Program-made: the position numbers and the translations under genes
Assembly: GCA_963845245.1 (NCBI GenBank)
Contig: CAWJRJ010000017.1
Span: forward strand, 192,001-256,000
Source of the DNA: Nitrospirota bacterium
GTDB taxonomy: Bacteria > Nitrospirota > JACRHJ01
Length of the DNA stretch: 64,000 bases
Direction: 5' to 3'
Notes under the pieces: model-generated
Seen by the model: the letters and a program-made list of their open reading frames with translations, nothing else
What the model was told of the DNA's origin: nothing
Database searches by the model: none
Shown here: piece by piece, positions 1 to 9,179 of the stretch
Position numbering within the stretch: the stretch's first letter is position 1
Layout: every line of letters begins with the position of its first letter

Positions 1-640
1 TTACGGCTTTGAGATATGCGACCGGTTGAAGAACAATGCGGAGTCAAAAGACATCAAGATTATACTGATCGCCTCCATCTATGACAAGACCCGCTACAAG
101 AGGGAGCCAATGAGCCTCTATGGAGCGGACGACTATATAGAGAAGCATCACATACAGGATTGTATCGTCGACAAGGTGCGCAGGGTTTCGAGCCTACAGG
201 ACTCTCCCGGCTTCAAGTCGTCTGCTAGGGAGGAGGAGTTCTGTTCTCCCCCTCCAACTGAAGAGATGCCGGTGCGCATGAAACAGGCGGAAGCTATGCG
301 CACGGACGAGATAAGGGTGGCACCCGCGCCACCAGTTGCCGCGCCCCCGGCTGCTGCCGCACCGTCGCCCACAGCATCGGTCGACCCCCAGCTAGTAGAG
401 GCGGCAAGGCGTTTCTCCCGGATAATATTCTCTGATATAGCGCTCTACAACCAGGGTGCCATAGAAGAGGGCGTCAGAAACGGCAACCTCCGCGAGTTAC
501 TGGCGGCCGAGCTTAAAGAGGGCCGGGACCTTTACAACGGCAGGGTCTCTGAGGAAGTCCGGGCAACGCTGGACTATTTCGACGATGAGCTGGAAAAATT
601 CATAGAAAAGAAGAAAAGCATGCTGGAATTAGGCGGATGA
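1..640 (+). CDS. Response regulator (REC domain, 5'-truncated) with Pro/Ala linker and helical C-terminal domain
   Basis: Frame open from window start: [28 protein letters not shown] is the C-terminal half of a receiver domain; [14 protein letters not shown] linker; [16 protein letters not shown] tail. Confidence 0.75.
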   Translation, partial: YGFEICDRLKNNAESKDIKIILIASIYDKTRYKREPMSLYGADDYIEKHHIQDCIVDKVRRVSSLQDSPGFKSSAREEEFCSPPPTEEMPVRMKQAEAMRTDEIRVAPAPPVAAPPAAAAPSPTASVDPQLVEAARRFSRIIFSDIALYNQGAIEEGVRNGNLRELLAAELKEGRDLYNGRVSEEVRATLDYFDDELEKFIEKKKSMLELGG

Positions 641-652
641 GTCTAAAAAGCC

Positions 653-681
653 TTGACAGATGGTGCAACCTCTTGTAACAT
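653..681 (+). promoter_or_regulatory. sigma70-type promoter of tRNA-Pro
   Basis: TTGACA-N17-TAACAT just upstream of the tRNA. Confidence 0.7.
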
Positions 682-692
682 TACCAGATTGT

Positions 693-769
693 CGGGGCGT
701 AGCGCAGCCTGGTAGCGCACACGGTTCGGGACCGTGGGGTCGAAGGTTCAAATCCTTTCGCCCCGACCA
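693..769 (+). tRNA. tRNA-Pro(CGG)
   Basis: CGGGGCGTAGCGCAGCCTGGTAGCGC; anticodon arm CACGG-TTCGGGA-CCGTG; GGTTCAAATCC; encoded CCA. Confidence 0.97.
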
Positions 770-815
770 TTATTGCAATAAAAGCCTTCATCGGCACAAC
801 AACCTCATCTGGAAG

Positions 816-847
816 AAGGGTATTCTTGTTATTTGAATGCCCTTTTT
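816..847 (+). terminator. Intrinsic terminator after tRNA-Pro
   Basis: AAGGGTATTC...GAATGCCCTT stem followed by T-run. Confidence 0.5.
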
Positions 848-863
848 CATTAAAGGGGAATAA

Positions 864-1319
864 TTGGACAGGGTAGTCATAGGCGTAATCGGCTCCTCGC
901 TGGCGTCCGGAAAGCCTTACGACCAGGCAATGGAAGTGGGGCGGCTTGCGGCAAAGAGGGGCGCGTTCGTGCTTACAGGCGGCCTCGGCGGTGTCATGGA
1001 GGCCGCGTGCAAGGGCGCAAAAGAGGCCGGCGGGCAGACCATAGGGATACTGCCCGGGTTTGACACGCGCGACTCCAACGCCTATATAGACATCCCTATA
1101 GTGACGGGCCTGAACCACGCAAGGAACATAATAGTCGTCAGGACATCGGACGTGCTGGTCGCGGTAGGCGGCGAGTATGGCACGCTTTCGGAGATAGCCT
1201 TTGCCCTGAAGCTCGGAAAGACGGTGATAGGTCTTGGAAGCTGGGACCTTGGTGAAGGGATAGTAAAGGCCAAGGACCCTGCGGACGCCGTGGAGATGGC
1301 CTTTGAGGCGCTAAAGTAA
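864..1319 (+). CDS. TIGR00725 / LOG-family Rossmann-fold protein
   Basis: TGGLGGVMEAACKGA, TIGILPG, ARNIIV, GGEYGTLSEIAFAL motifs. Confidence 0.88.
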   Translation: MDRVVIGVIGSSLASGKPYDQAMEVGRLAAKRGAFVLTGGLGGVMEAACKGAKEAGGQTIGILPGFDTRDSNAYIDIPIVTGLNHARNIIVVRTSDVLVAVGGEYGTLSEIAFALKLGKTVIGLGSWDLGEGIVKAKDPADAVEMAFEALK

Positions 1320-1326
1320 GGATAAT

Positions 1327-1611
1327 ATGGCCGGCGAGAAGGTGGCAGCCGAGATAATAGTGAGCGGGCATGTGCAGGGTGTGGGCTACCGGTTCTTCAC
1401 TGAGCGCGCAGCACTCGTGCACGGGGTCAAGGGCTGGTCGATGAACCTGCCCGACGGGCGTGTGATGCTCGACATAGAAGGTGAGAAAAAAAACGCCGAC
1501 CTTTTTATTGAGGAGCTTAAAAAGGGACCTGGCATGGCTCGTGTAACGGACGTATCAGTTATCTGGAAGCCCTTCCTGGGCAGGTTCAAAAACTTCTTCA
1601 TTAAAATATAA
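1327..1611 (+). CDS. acyP: Acylphosphatase
   Basis: SGHVQGVGYR and GWSMNLPDGRV signatures. Confidence 0.93.
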   Translation: MAGEKVAAEIIVSGHVQGVGYRFFTERAALVHGVKGWSMNLPDGRVMLDIEGEKKNADLFIEELKKGPGMARVTDVSVIWKPFLGRFKNFFIKI

Positions 1612-1623
1612 GCGGGAAAAAAA

Positions 1624-2692
<1,069 letters not shown>

Positions 2693-2722
2693 ATAAAACA
2701 AGCCGGGTTTCAAGGAGGCAAA

Positions 2723-3239
2723 ATGGTGGACCTCAAGACGAGGATAAGGGAGATACCGGATTTTCCGAAGAAGGGCATACTCTTCCGCGATATTACGACG
2801 CTCCTGAAGGACGAAGAGGCCTTCAGGAAGGTCGTCGAGAAGATAACCGGCTATTACGAGGACGAGGACGTCGAGAAGGTCGTCGGCATAGAGTCGAGGG
2901 GCTTTATCTTCGGCGCGCCGCTTGCCTATACGCTGGGCGCGGGGTTCATCCCCGTCCGCAAGCCGGGCAAGCTCCCGAGCGACATATACGAGGCCAAATA
3001 CGAGCTTGAGTACGGCACGGATACCCTCACCATACACCAGGACGCGATAACACCCGGACAGAGGGTACTGGTTGTGGACGACCTGCTTGGCGACCGGTGG
3101 CACGATGTCGGCGACTCTTGACCTGCTGAAGAAGCTGGGTGCGGTAGTCGTCGGGGTCGTGTTCCTAATCGAGCTTGCGGACCTCAGGGGCCGGGACAAG
3201 CTTGCCGGGTACCAGGTGCATTCGCTGATAACCTATTAA
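2723..3239 (+). CDS. apt: Adenine phosphoribosyltransferase; frameshift near 3090
   Basis: [46 protein letters not shown] continued in the next frame to ITY*. Confidence 0.93.
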
Positions 3240-3294
3240 ATCCGGGATGATGCACCGATGCCGTTGTTGCAAACCGGTGATTTTTGATTTTCAG

Positions 3295-3323
3295 TTGACT
3301 TATAGTCCGTGTTGCATTATATT
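3295..3323 (+). promoter_or_regulatory. sigma70-type promoter of tRNA-Arg
   Basis: TTGACT-N17-TATATT. Confidence 0.7.
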
Positions 3324-3337
3324 TAAGGCCCTATAAC

Positions 3338-3414
3338 GCGCCCATAGCTCAGTAGGATAGAGCACAGGTTTCCTAAACCTGGTGTCGCATGTTCGAGCCA
3401 TGCTGGGCGCACCA
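3338..3414 (+). tRNA. tRNA-Arg(CCT)
   Basis: GCGCCCATAGCTCAGTAGGATAGAGC; anticodon arm CAGGT-TTCCTAA-ACCTG; T arm GCATG-TTCGAGC-CATGC; CCA end. Confidence 0.96.
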
Positions 3415-3421
3415 TAAAATC

Positions 3422-3454
3422 AAGGGGTTAGCTTTTCCAAGCTAACCCCTTTTT
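3422..3454. terminator. Bidirectional intrinsic terminator
   Basis: AAGGGGTTAGCTT / AAGCTAACCCCTT 13-bp inverted repeat plus T-run, between convergent genes. Confidence 0.8.
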
Positions 3455-3475
3455 GTCTCTAAACATCAGTTATAC

Positions 3476-3928
3476 TCAGTCGTGATTGACCTGCATGTCG
3501 TCTGGGTATGGATGTCCCTTGCCCAACTCCAAAAGGTCCTTGAGGCTCAACATAAAAACCGCCCATTTTGTAGAGCAGTGCGGGAGAATTCCGCTGTCAC
3601 TTCGCCAGCCCGAATGACTGAAGTGGACAAAGCACTGCTTTCTGGCAGCTTCCAATGTAAACGTTATCTCGGTCCCGGCCCATTCCTCAACGCCTTCTCT
3701 TTGATCAGCCTTCCAGCGAACGAGTTTGCCGGGTACAAGCTCCGCGACTTCAAACTTCTGGCAAAAATCTCCGAACCAGAACTCGATGACGCCGCCCACC
3801 TTTGAGCCGATGCCGCGGGTGTCCGATGTCCACCACCCAGCCAGTTTCTTTGTGCTCGTTAAAGCCTGATAGACGGCCTTAGGCGAGGCCTTGATACCTA
3901 CCTCGTGAAGTATGCTGTATCGTTTCAT
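3476..3928 (-). CDS. SRPBCC (AHSA1/START-like) domain protein
   Basis: ASPKAVYQALT..LAGWW, VRWK, EWAGTEITF, HFSHSGW..HCSTKWAVFMLSLK. Confidence 0.85.
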   Translation of the reverse strand: MKRYSILHEVGIKASPKAVYQALTSTKKLAGWWTSDTRGIGSKVGGVIEFWFGDFCQKFEVAELVPGKLVRWKADQREGVEEWAGTEITFTLEAARKQCFVHFSHSGWRSDSGILPHCSTKWAVFMLSLKDLLELGKGHPYPDDMQVNHD

Positions 3929-3991
3929 CTTCTGCCCCCCTTTGCGAATTCTTCGGTGCACAGGATCTGGCCTGCAAGATAACCTGAACCG

Positions 3992-5938
3992 TCACTCTTT
4001 CAGCCGGATAATGTATATCATCCCGAGGTAGTCTCCTCCTTCGTACACCGGAACCATGAAAAATGTACCTGTCTTCCCTTCAACCAGAGGGCAGTCGAAT
4101 GTACTCTCTTTTTTCTCCGAAAGGGCCTGGAGCATCGGCTTTGCCGAAGTCATCTTTCCGGTTTTCATATCGATATTGACAAGGCTGTTTTCTTCGGGAT
4201 ATCCATAGCGGTTCACGCCCCCGGCATCGAGCCACTCGATGCAATAAAGTCCGCCCTGCTCAGAATAAAAGTCCCCTAATAGCTCCTTGATTTTTGCGTC
4301 GTCGTTCCCTGAGAGGGCCTTCTTCATTTCCGGATTTTCCGCCAGGGCTCTTAGCGCTTTATTCGAGTCTTTCGCCGGTTTTTCAATGTCCTTTCCGGAA
4401 GAAATAACGTGTCCTGCCCTTACATGCATCACCACAAGCCGCCACTGTGTGCCGTGGAGGCCGACGGTGGTCCAATGCGCATCTTTTTTGACCACCTTCT
4501 CCGACCCCTTTTGCATATAATCGTAGCTGCCCGCCCCTTTATTTTCTTTTGAGATCAGAGTTCCGAGTGCAAGTAGCTGGGGAAACGGTTTGTAGACCGG
4601 GTCGTCGAAGAGCATACGGCCTATCTCTCCTTTATCCTCGTCATACAGAATCCTTCCATCCGGCTGCATAACGAATGCCTCCACAGGCATCCCCTGAAGA
4701 ACAGGCGTGAGGATATGCGAAAGCAGGGATTCTGGCCTGATAAGGATGCTGATCGAGCCTTCTAAATCCCCCTTGGAAGAGAGTACCGGATGTTCCAGGT
4801 CAACTGCTTCAAATCCCTCGACCGCCCTGAAAGTGTTGCTCAGGACCGGTTTCTTCGACTCCCGAAGACGGATTACCTGTTCCTGTGCGCTTATGTCGCT
4901 GCCCTCAAATCCGGCGTTTTCCGCAGGCTCAACAAGCGCCATCCTGCCGTTTTGGTCCACAAACGCGCAATCTACCGCATATGGGTAAGATCGGCAGAGA
5001 TCGCCGAGAATTTTTCTTGTCCCGGCTGCTTTTAAATCTGCCTCGGATAATCTCGTTGCGGCTCCGGCAACGTCCTTATCCATTTTGTTAAGCTCTGCAG
5101 TGATCTCCTTCTCGATATCGAAAAGGAAAGGAGGAAGTTCCGTAACCGGCTGCCCCGGTTTCCCGGTAACGATTCCGATTGCAAAGACCCAGCCTGTCAG
5201 GGGGGATCTCTTGAAGAAAACCTGTCTCTCGCCATAGAAGTCATAGGTCACCACGCCCTCGGGCTTGGCAAGCATCTCTTCAATGGTTTTCGCGAGGCTC
5301 TTGCTTCCCATGTCTGAGGGATAGCCGAAGAGCAGTGCCGATACCCTGTGAAGGGAAGTCTGGCCATTTTTATCGAGGGCGTAAAAGATAATGTTGTCCG
5401 GCAACCCCATTTTTTCATCGATCATCCTGCTTATGTCCTCAACCGAAAGGGATGTTCCTATGGCCCCGATTATCTTCCCATTTTCTCTTACCGGGACCGC
5501 GACGACAGCCGTCCTCTTTCCTGTGGATTTGCCAAGGACGAGCTCTCCGGTTATTTCCTCACCCGCCATGAGCCGCGGGAAATAAAGGCGGTCGCTGAGG
5601 TTAAGGCCGGTCAACCCCTTTTCCACTGTATAAAACGAGCCGTCAGGCAGTACGAACCATACTGCTTCGGCTTTAATGCCGCTCCTGCCGAATTCGGCCA
5701 GCACCGTCTTCATATTTTCCCATTCCCCGCTCTGGGCCTCTTTCGTGGCCGATATGAGTCTCAGACCGTTCAGTACGCTTTCGACATGCCCCTCTCCGAG
5801 TGCAGAAAACGAATTCAGGAGAACTCGCAAACTGGCCGCATCTGTTCCGGACTGGTCCGGAACAGGGGACCTGTCTTCCGCCATGGCAGGCAGGGACAAT
5901 ACTAATAGAAAGAATAAAATCATCTTTGCGATTTTCAT
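3992..5938 (-). CDS. Secreted multi-Cache-domain protein
   Basis: Signal peptide MKIAKMILFFLLVLSLPAMA; repeated Cache-like motifs NLSDRLYF..GKSTGKRTAVVAVPV, SDISAQEQV..PVLSNTFRAVEG, NIDMK..STFDCPLVEG..MVPV. Confidence 0.75.
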   Translation of the reverse strand: MKIAKMILFFLLVLSLPAMAEDRSPVPDQSGTDAASLRVLLNSFSALGEGHVESVLNGLRLISATKEAQSGEWENMKTVLAEFGRSGIKAEAVWFVLPDGSFYTVEKGLTGLNLSDRLYFPRLMAGEEITGELVLGKSTGKRTAVVAVPVRENGKIIGAIGTSLSVEDISRMIDEKMGLPDNIIFYALDKNGQTSLHRVSALLFGYPSDMGSKSLAKTIEEMLAKPEGVVTYDFYGERQVFFKRSPLTGWVFAIGIVTGKPGQPVTELPPFLFDIEKEITAELNKMDKDVAGAATRLSEADLKAAGTRKILGDLCRSYPYAVDCAFVDQNGRMALVEPAENAGFEGSDISAQEQVIRLRESKKPVLSNTFRAVEGFEAVDLEHPVLSSKGDLEGSISILIRPESLLSHILTPVLQGMPVEAFVMQPDGRILYDEDKGEIGRMLFDDPVYKPFPQLLALGTLISKENKGAGSYDYMQKGSEKVVKKDAHWTTVGLHGTQWRLVVMHVRAGHVISSGKDIEKPAKDSNKALRALAENPEMKKALSGNDDAKIKELLGDFYSEQGGLYCIEWLDAGGVNRYGYPEENSLVNIDMKTGKMTSAKPMLQALSEKKESTFDCPLVEGKTGTFFMVPVYEGGDYLGMIYIIRLKE

Positions 5939-6164
5939 GATATCCCCCGATTCCTGAAGGTAGTTCGTGGACAATTATATTGATTGGGTATACTTAAGAT
6001 ATATGCTAATTACCAATCTACGTCAAGTGCCTCTTCTTATTACCGAGCAAATCTCTCCTGACTACCGTGCTCGAGTCTCTGTCGGAAACTTTCATGATCC
6101 ATAAAGATCGACGCTATGAACGTCTGTGCATGGATGGTTTCCAACTTATATGTAACTGTTTAGT

Positions 6165-6198
6165 GGTATCGCGAGTTCAATCCATGCTGGGGGCACCA
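6165..6198 (+). repeat. Degenerate direct repeat of tRNA-Arg 3' end (att-like remnant)
   Basis: GGTATCGCGAGTTCAATCCATGCTGGGGGCACCA matches 3381-3414 at 28/34 positions without gaps. Confidence 0.75.
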
Positions 6199-6218
6199 CC
6201 AAGGTGCTCAGCCGGAGG

Positions 6219-6247
6219 CTTGCAAATTGCTTGCAAGGTGTTAAAAT
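6219..6247 (+). promoter_or_regulatory. Promoter with overlapping palindrome upstream of the riboswitch
   Basis: TTGCAA-N16-TAAAAT with TG extension; CTTGCAA-N5-TTGCAAG inverted repeat at 6219-6237. Confidence 0.5.
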
Positions 6248-6266
6248 TTAGTTAATAGAAGTGGTG

Positions 6267-6385
6267 TTTCCCGAGAAAGGCCGAACCCTCTGCGATGAGG
6301 GGGCGGAAAGCGGCGGATCTCCCGGCGCGGGAGATGGCCGAGCTGCCGAAGGAAATGTTGATGACCATGGCAGTCCGGTCTTTTT
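6267..6385 (+). ncRNA. Cyclic-dinucleotide (c-di-GMP-I / GEMM-I) riboswitch with terminator expression platform
   Basis: P1 TTTCC/GGAAA, GGCCGAACC-CTCT-GCGA-TGAG-GGGGCGGAAAGC, P3 GATCTCCC..GGGAGATGGCCGAGCTGCCGAA match the GEMM-I layout; 6336-6347 can pair with 6369-6380 ahead of TTTTT. Confidence 0.85.
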
Positions 6386-6421
6386 GTTGAGGCCAGGCTG
6401 CGTCGAAAAGGAGATACTATC

Positions 6422-7123
6422 ATGGCTGCCTCGGATAATTTAAAAGACAGCGGAAAAATTAAGATAGCTGTCTGGAGTGTGCTTTTTATATGGCTGGTGT
6501 TAGTGTTAGTTTTAGGAGCGGGCGGTTCTTTTGTCAGGGTAGCGGGCGCGCCGCCTCTGCCGGTCGCAGCGGGAGCGCTCATACCTGTCCTCGTGTTTCT
6601 CACCGCATACTGGTCCATTAGCTCGTTCCGTGACTTTGTGATGTCATTCGACCTGCAGTTTGCGGCTGGCCTTCAGGCCTGGAGGTTCGCTGGTCTGGGG
6701 TTCATAGCCCTGTATACGTATGGTGTATTGCCGGGCATGTTTGCCTGGCCAGCCGGACTTGGAGACATGGCCATAGGCATTACTGCCGTGTGGGTCGTGC
6801 TTGCGCTCAGAAACCGGCCGGAATTTGCGACAGGCTGGACCTACCGGATATGGAACCTGCTGGGGATACTGGACCTCGTTGTGGCGGTCAGCACGGGCGG
6901 GCTCAGCGCATACCTCGGCATAGGTATATCGGAAACAATAACGACTTCCCCGATGGCGCTAATGCCTCTGGTGCTGATACCTGCGTTCCTTGTGCCGCTG
7001 TTTGTCATCCTGCACCTTGCCTCTCTGATACAGTCATGGCATCTGGCGGCAGCTGGGGGTAGATGCGTGTGGGTAGGCTCACATATCCAGTGCGGGCCAT
7101 CGGGAACAATGACCAGAGCGTAA
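6422..7123 (+). CDS. Conserved hypothetical multi-pass membrane protein
   Basis: About 6 hydrophobic helices; LQAWRFAG..LPGMFAWPAGLGD..WNLLGILDL..LIPAFLVPL..LH; SD AAGGAG. Confidence 0.8.
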   Translation: MAASDNLKDSGKIKIAVWSVLFIWLVLVLVLGAGGSFVRVAGAPPLPVAAGALIPVLVFLTAYWSISSFRDFVMSFDLQFAAGLQAWRFAGLGFIALYTYGVLPGMFAWPAGLGDMAIGITAVWVVLALRNRPEFATGWTYRIWNLLGILDLVVAVSTGGLSAYLGIGISETITTSPMALMPLVLIPAFLVPLFVILHLASLIQSWHLAAAGGRCVWVGSHIQCGPSGTMTRA

Positions 7124-7148
7124 AACATTGCTTGAACTCTAATAATTA

Positions 7149-7177
7149 AAGGGGTCAGCCAAGAAGGCTGACCCCTT
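7149..7177. terminator. Bidirectional terminator
   Basis: AAGGGGTCAGCC / GGCTGACCCCTT between convergent genes. Confidence 0.8.
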
Positions 7178-7217
7178 ATTTATTAGTACGACAATATCAC
7201 AAAACTGGCAGATTTCC

Positions 7218-7685
7218 TCAGTCCATCTGCTCCACCAGATAATTCTGCGCTCCGACTTGTTTGATCTGGTCGAGTTGGGCCTCGATCCAGTCTATGTGCT
7301 CCTCTTCATCCTTAAGGATGGCCACGAGCATCTCGCGGGTACCGTTGTCCCCGGCATCTGCTGCCGCCTGGATGCTCTCGTTGTAGCCTTTTATGGCATA
7401 CTCTTCCGCGCCGCGGTCGTTTTCGTGCATCTTGGGCACCTCTGCCCCTATGTGTACCTTGTTGAGCTTGGTGACGATGGGACGCCCTTCAAGGAACAGT
7501 ATGCGGGCAATCAGCTTCTCGGCATGCTTCATCTCTGTGATGGCGCGCTTCTCGATAGCCTCGTCCAGCTTTTTGTAGTTCCAGTTGTCGCACATCTCCG
7601 CATGTACCATGTACTGGTTTATGGCGGTCAATTCATCGGCCAGACGGGCGTTCAAGTGTTCAATGATCTTCTCGTTCCCTTTCAT
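7218..7685 (-). CDS. bfr: Bacterioferritin
   Basis: MKGNEKIIEHLN..ELTAINQY, EMKHAE, RILFLEG, DEEEHIDW, QNYL ferroxidase/heme residues. Confidence 0.95.
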   Translation of the reverse strand: MKGNEKIIEHLNARLADELTAINQYMVHAEMCDNWNYKKLDEAIEKRAITEMKHAEKLIARILFLEGRPIVTKLNKVHIGAEVPKMHENDRGAEEYAIKGYNESIQAAADAGDNGTREMLVAILKDEEEHIDWIEAQLDQIKQVGAQNYLVEQMD

Positions 7686-7774
7686 GTAACCTCCTCTGTG
7701 TATCTGTGTATCTGGTGTGGTATTAACAGGCGCGGTGCCAGTTCAAGCGTCCGCATGTATGCATACTTACTAAA

Positions 7775-7802
7775 ATTTTAGCAGACATCCCGGTATTGTC
7801 AA
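7775..7802 (-). promoter_or_regulatory. Promoter of bfr
   Basis: Minus strand TTGACA-N16-TAAAAT with TG extension. Confidence 0.55.
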
Positions 7803-7951
7803 TTTTTCGGCTGTTTTTTATGAAAAGGCGCATCAGGATCTCCCTATTTTGGGTGGACTGTAACTTCCCAATCATTTAGTACGTCTTACTATAGTAAGAG
7901 GGGGTATAATAGTTATAAGAGGGTTCCCAACGAAAGAGAAAGGGGGCCTAT

Positions 7952-9175
7952 ATGAAAAGGCTCTATTTGTCCATATTAACAGCCGGGCTTCTGCTTGTAA
8001 TGCCCGCTTTTGCCTATGCAACAGACGCACCTCCTGTAGGACAGGCCCTGGTCAGGGAGGGCGACTATGCCGTAGAAATGGTCAAGGCGCTTAACATAAA
8101 CGCGGGCCAGGACGAGGCTGCCTCCGAGAATGCCCTTGCGACCCTGGGCATCGCACCACAGACTGGCTGGATCTCTGACTTTCCGGTCACGCCCGACATA
8201 ATCGAACAGTTACAGGCTTCAGTGGACGATGCTGCATCGGCAGGAAGGCTTCCCATGAGCAGGGAAGCAGCCGGCAAGGCGCTTCTTGCGATGAACAGCA
8301 GGCTTGGATTGGCCGTTGCGCCAGCCGAAGAGGGGCAGTATGCCGAGCAAACTGAAGTTGACCAGGCAGATGTCGATACTTACTACACCGATGAGGGGCC
8401 GCCTGTAATCACGTATTACGCGCCGCCTCCAGACTACGCGTACCTGTACGCATGGGACCCGTACCCGTTCTGGTACGACGGCTTCTACTTCCCAGGGTAC
8501 TTCATCCTGACCGATTTCGACGTTGACGTCGGCCACCATCACAGGCATCATCACGACGGGGACAGAGACTGGGACAGCCATAGGGTTGGCGAGAAGAGGG
8601 TATCCAACCACATAGTAGTACCGGAATCCGGAAAGGTAGTGTCATTAGACCCTGTAACCAGACACCCGCTTTCAAAGACCGACTTCCGGCCGATAGGCGC
8701 AAAGTCGTTCGAGCCGGTCAGAAAGTCTGGGAGTGTAACTGTACAAAGGGACGGGGGCAATGCCATTATCAGGACTGAGGGCGGCACATTTAACAGGGAT
8801 AGTGCATCCAGGCTTGTGAACCATGGTTCCGGCGGCAGGTCCGCCGAAACATCCGCCAACACCAACAATAGGATAGAAGATACCCGTACGACGGGCAGGG
8901 GACTGCCGGAAAGCATGTGTTCGATAGGCAACTGTAGCCCACGCAGCACCGGGTCCCGCAGTTACAGCAGCGAAGGCAGGTCTTCCGGTTCGGTATCATC
9001 CGGCCGGGGCGGCTTTAGCGGCGAGTCCCGCGGGTTCAGTGGTGGCGGAAGGTCGTCCGGTTCGTCCGGTGGATTCTCCGGCGGGTCACGTGGGGTTAGT
9101 GATGGCAGGTCGTCCGGAGGTGGTTATTCCGGCGGTCATTCGTGGGGAGGCGGCTTCGACGGTTCAAGGAGGTAG
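7952..9175 (+). CDS. Secreted hypothetical protein with Tyr/Pro-rich core and Gly/Ser-rich tail
   Basis: Signal peptide (..PAFAYA); PPVITYYAPPPDYAYLYAWDPYPFW; HHHRHHH; GGFSG repeats. Confidence 0.75.
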   Translation: MKRLYLSILTAGLLLVMPAFAYATDAPPVGQALVREGDYAVEMVKALNINAGQDEAASENALATLGIAPQTGWISDFPVTPDIIEQLQASVDDAASAGRLPMSREAAGKALLAMNSRLGLAVAPAEEGQYAEQTEVDQADVDTYYTDEGPPVITYYAPPPDYAYLYAWDPYPFWYDGFYFPGYFILTDFDVDVGHHHRHHHDGDRDWDSHRVGEKRVSNHIVVPESGKVVSLDPVTRHPLSKTDFRPIGAKSFEPVRKSGSVTVQRDGGNAIIRTEGGTFNRDSASRLVNHGSGGRSAETSANTNNRIEDTRTTGRGLPESMCSIGNCSPRSTGSRSYSSEGRSSGSVSSGRGGFSGESRGFSGGGRSSGSSGGFSGGSRGVSDGRSSGGGYSGGHSWGGGFDGSRR

Positions 9176-9179
9176 GAGG

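Noticed and set aside
6220..6236. sigma54 promoter (TTGCAA-N5-TTGCA)
   Set aside because: Lacks the invariant -24 GG
7695..7715. Short direct repeat CTGTGTAT-CTGTGTAT-CTG in the bfr leader
   Set aside because: Only two 8-nt units; compatible with chance or slippage
8980..9160. Repetitive DNA at the end of the 7952 gene
   Set aside because: Explained by Gly/Ser low-complexity coding; not an array
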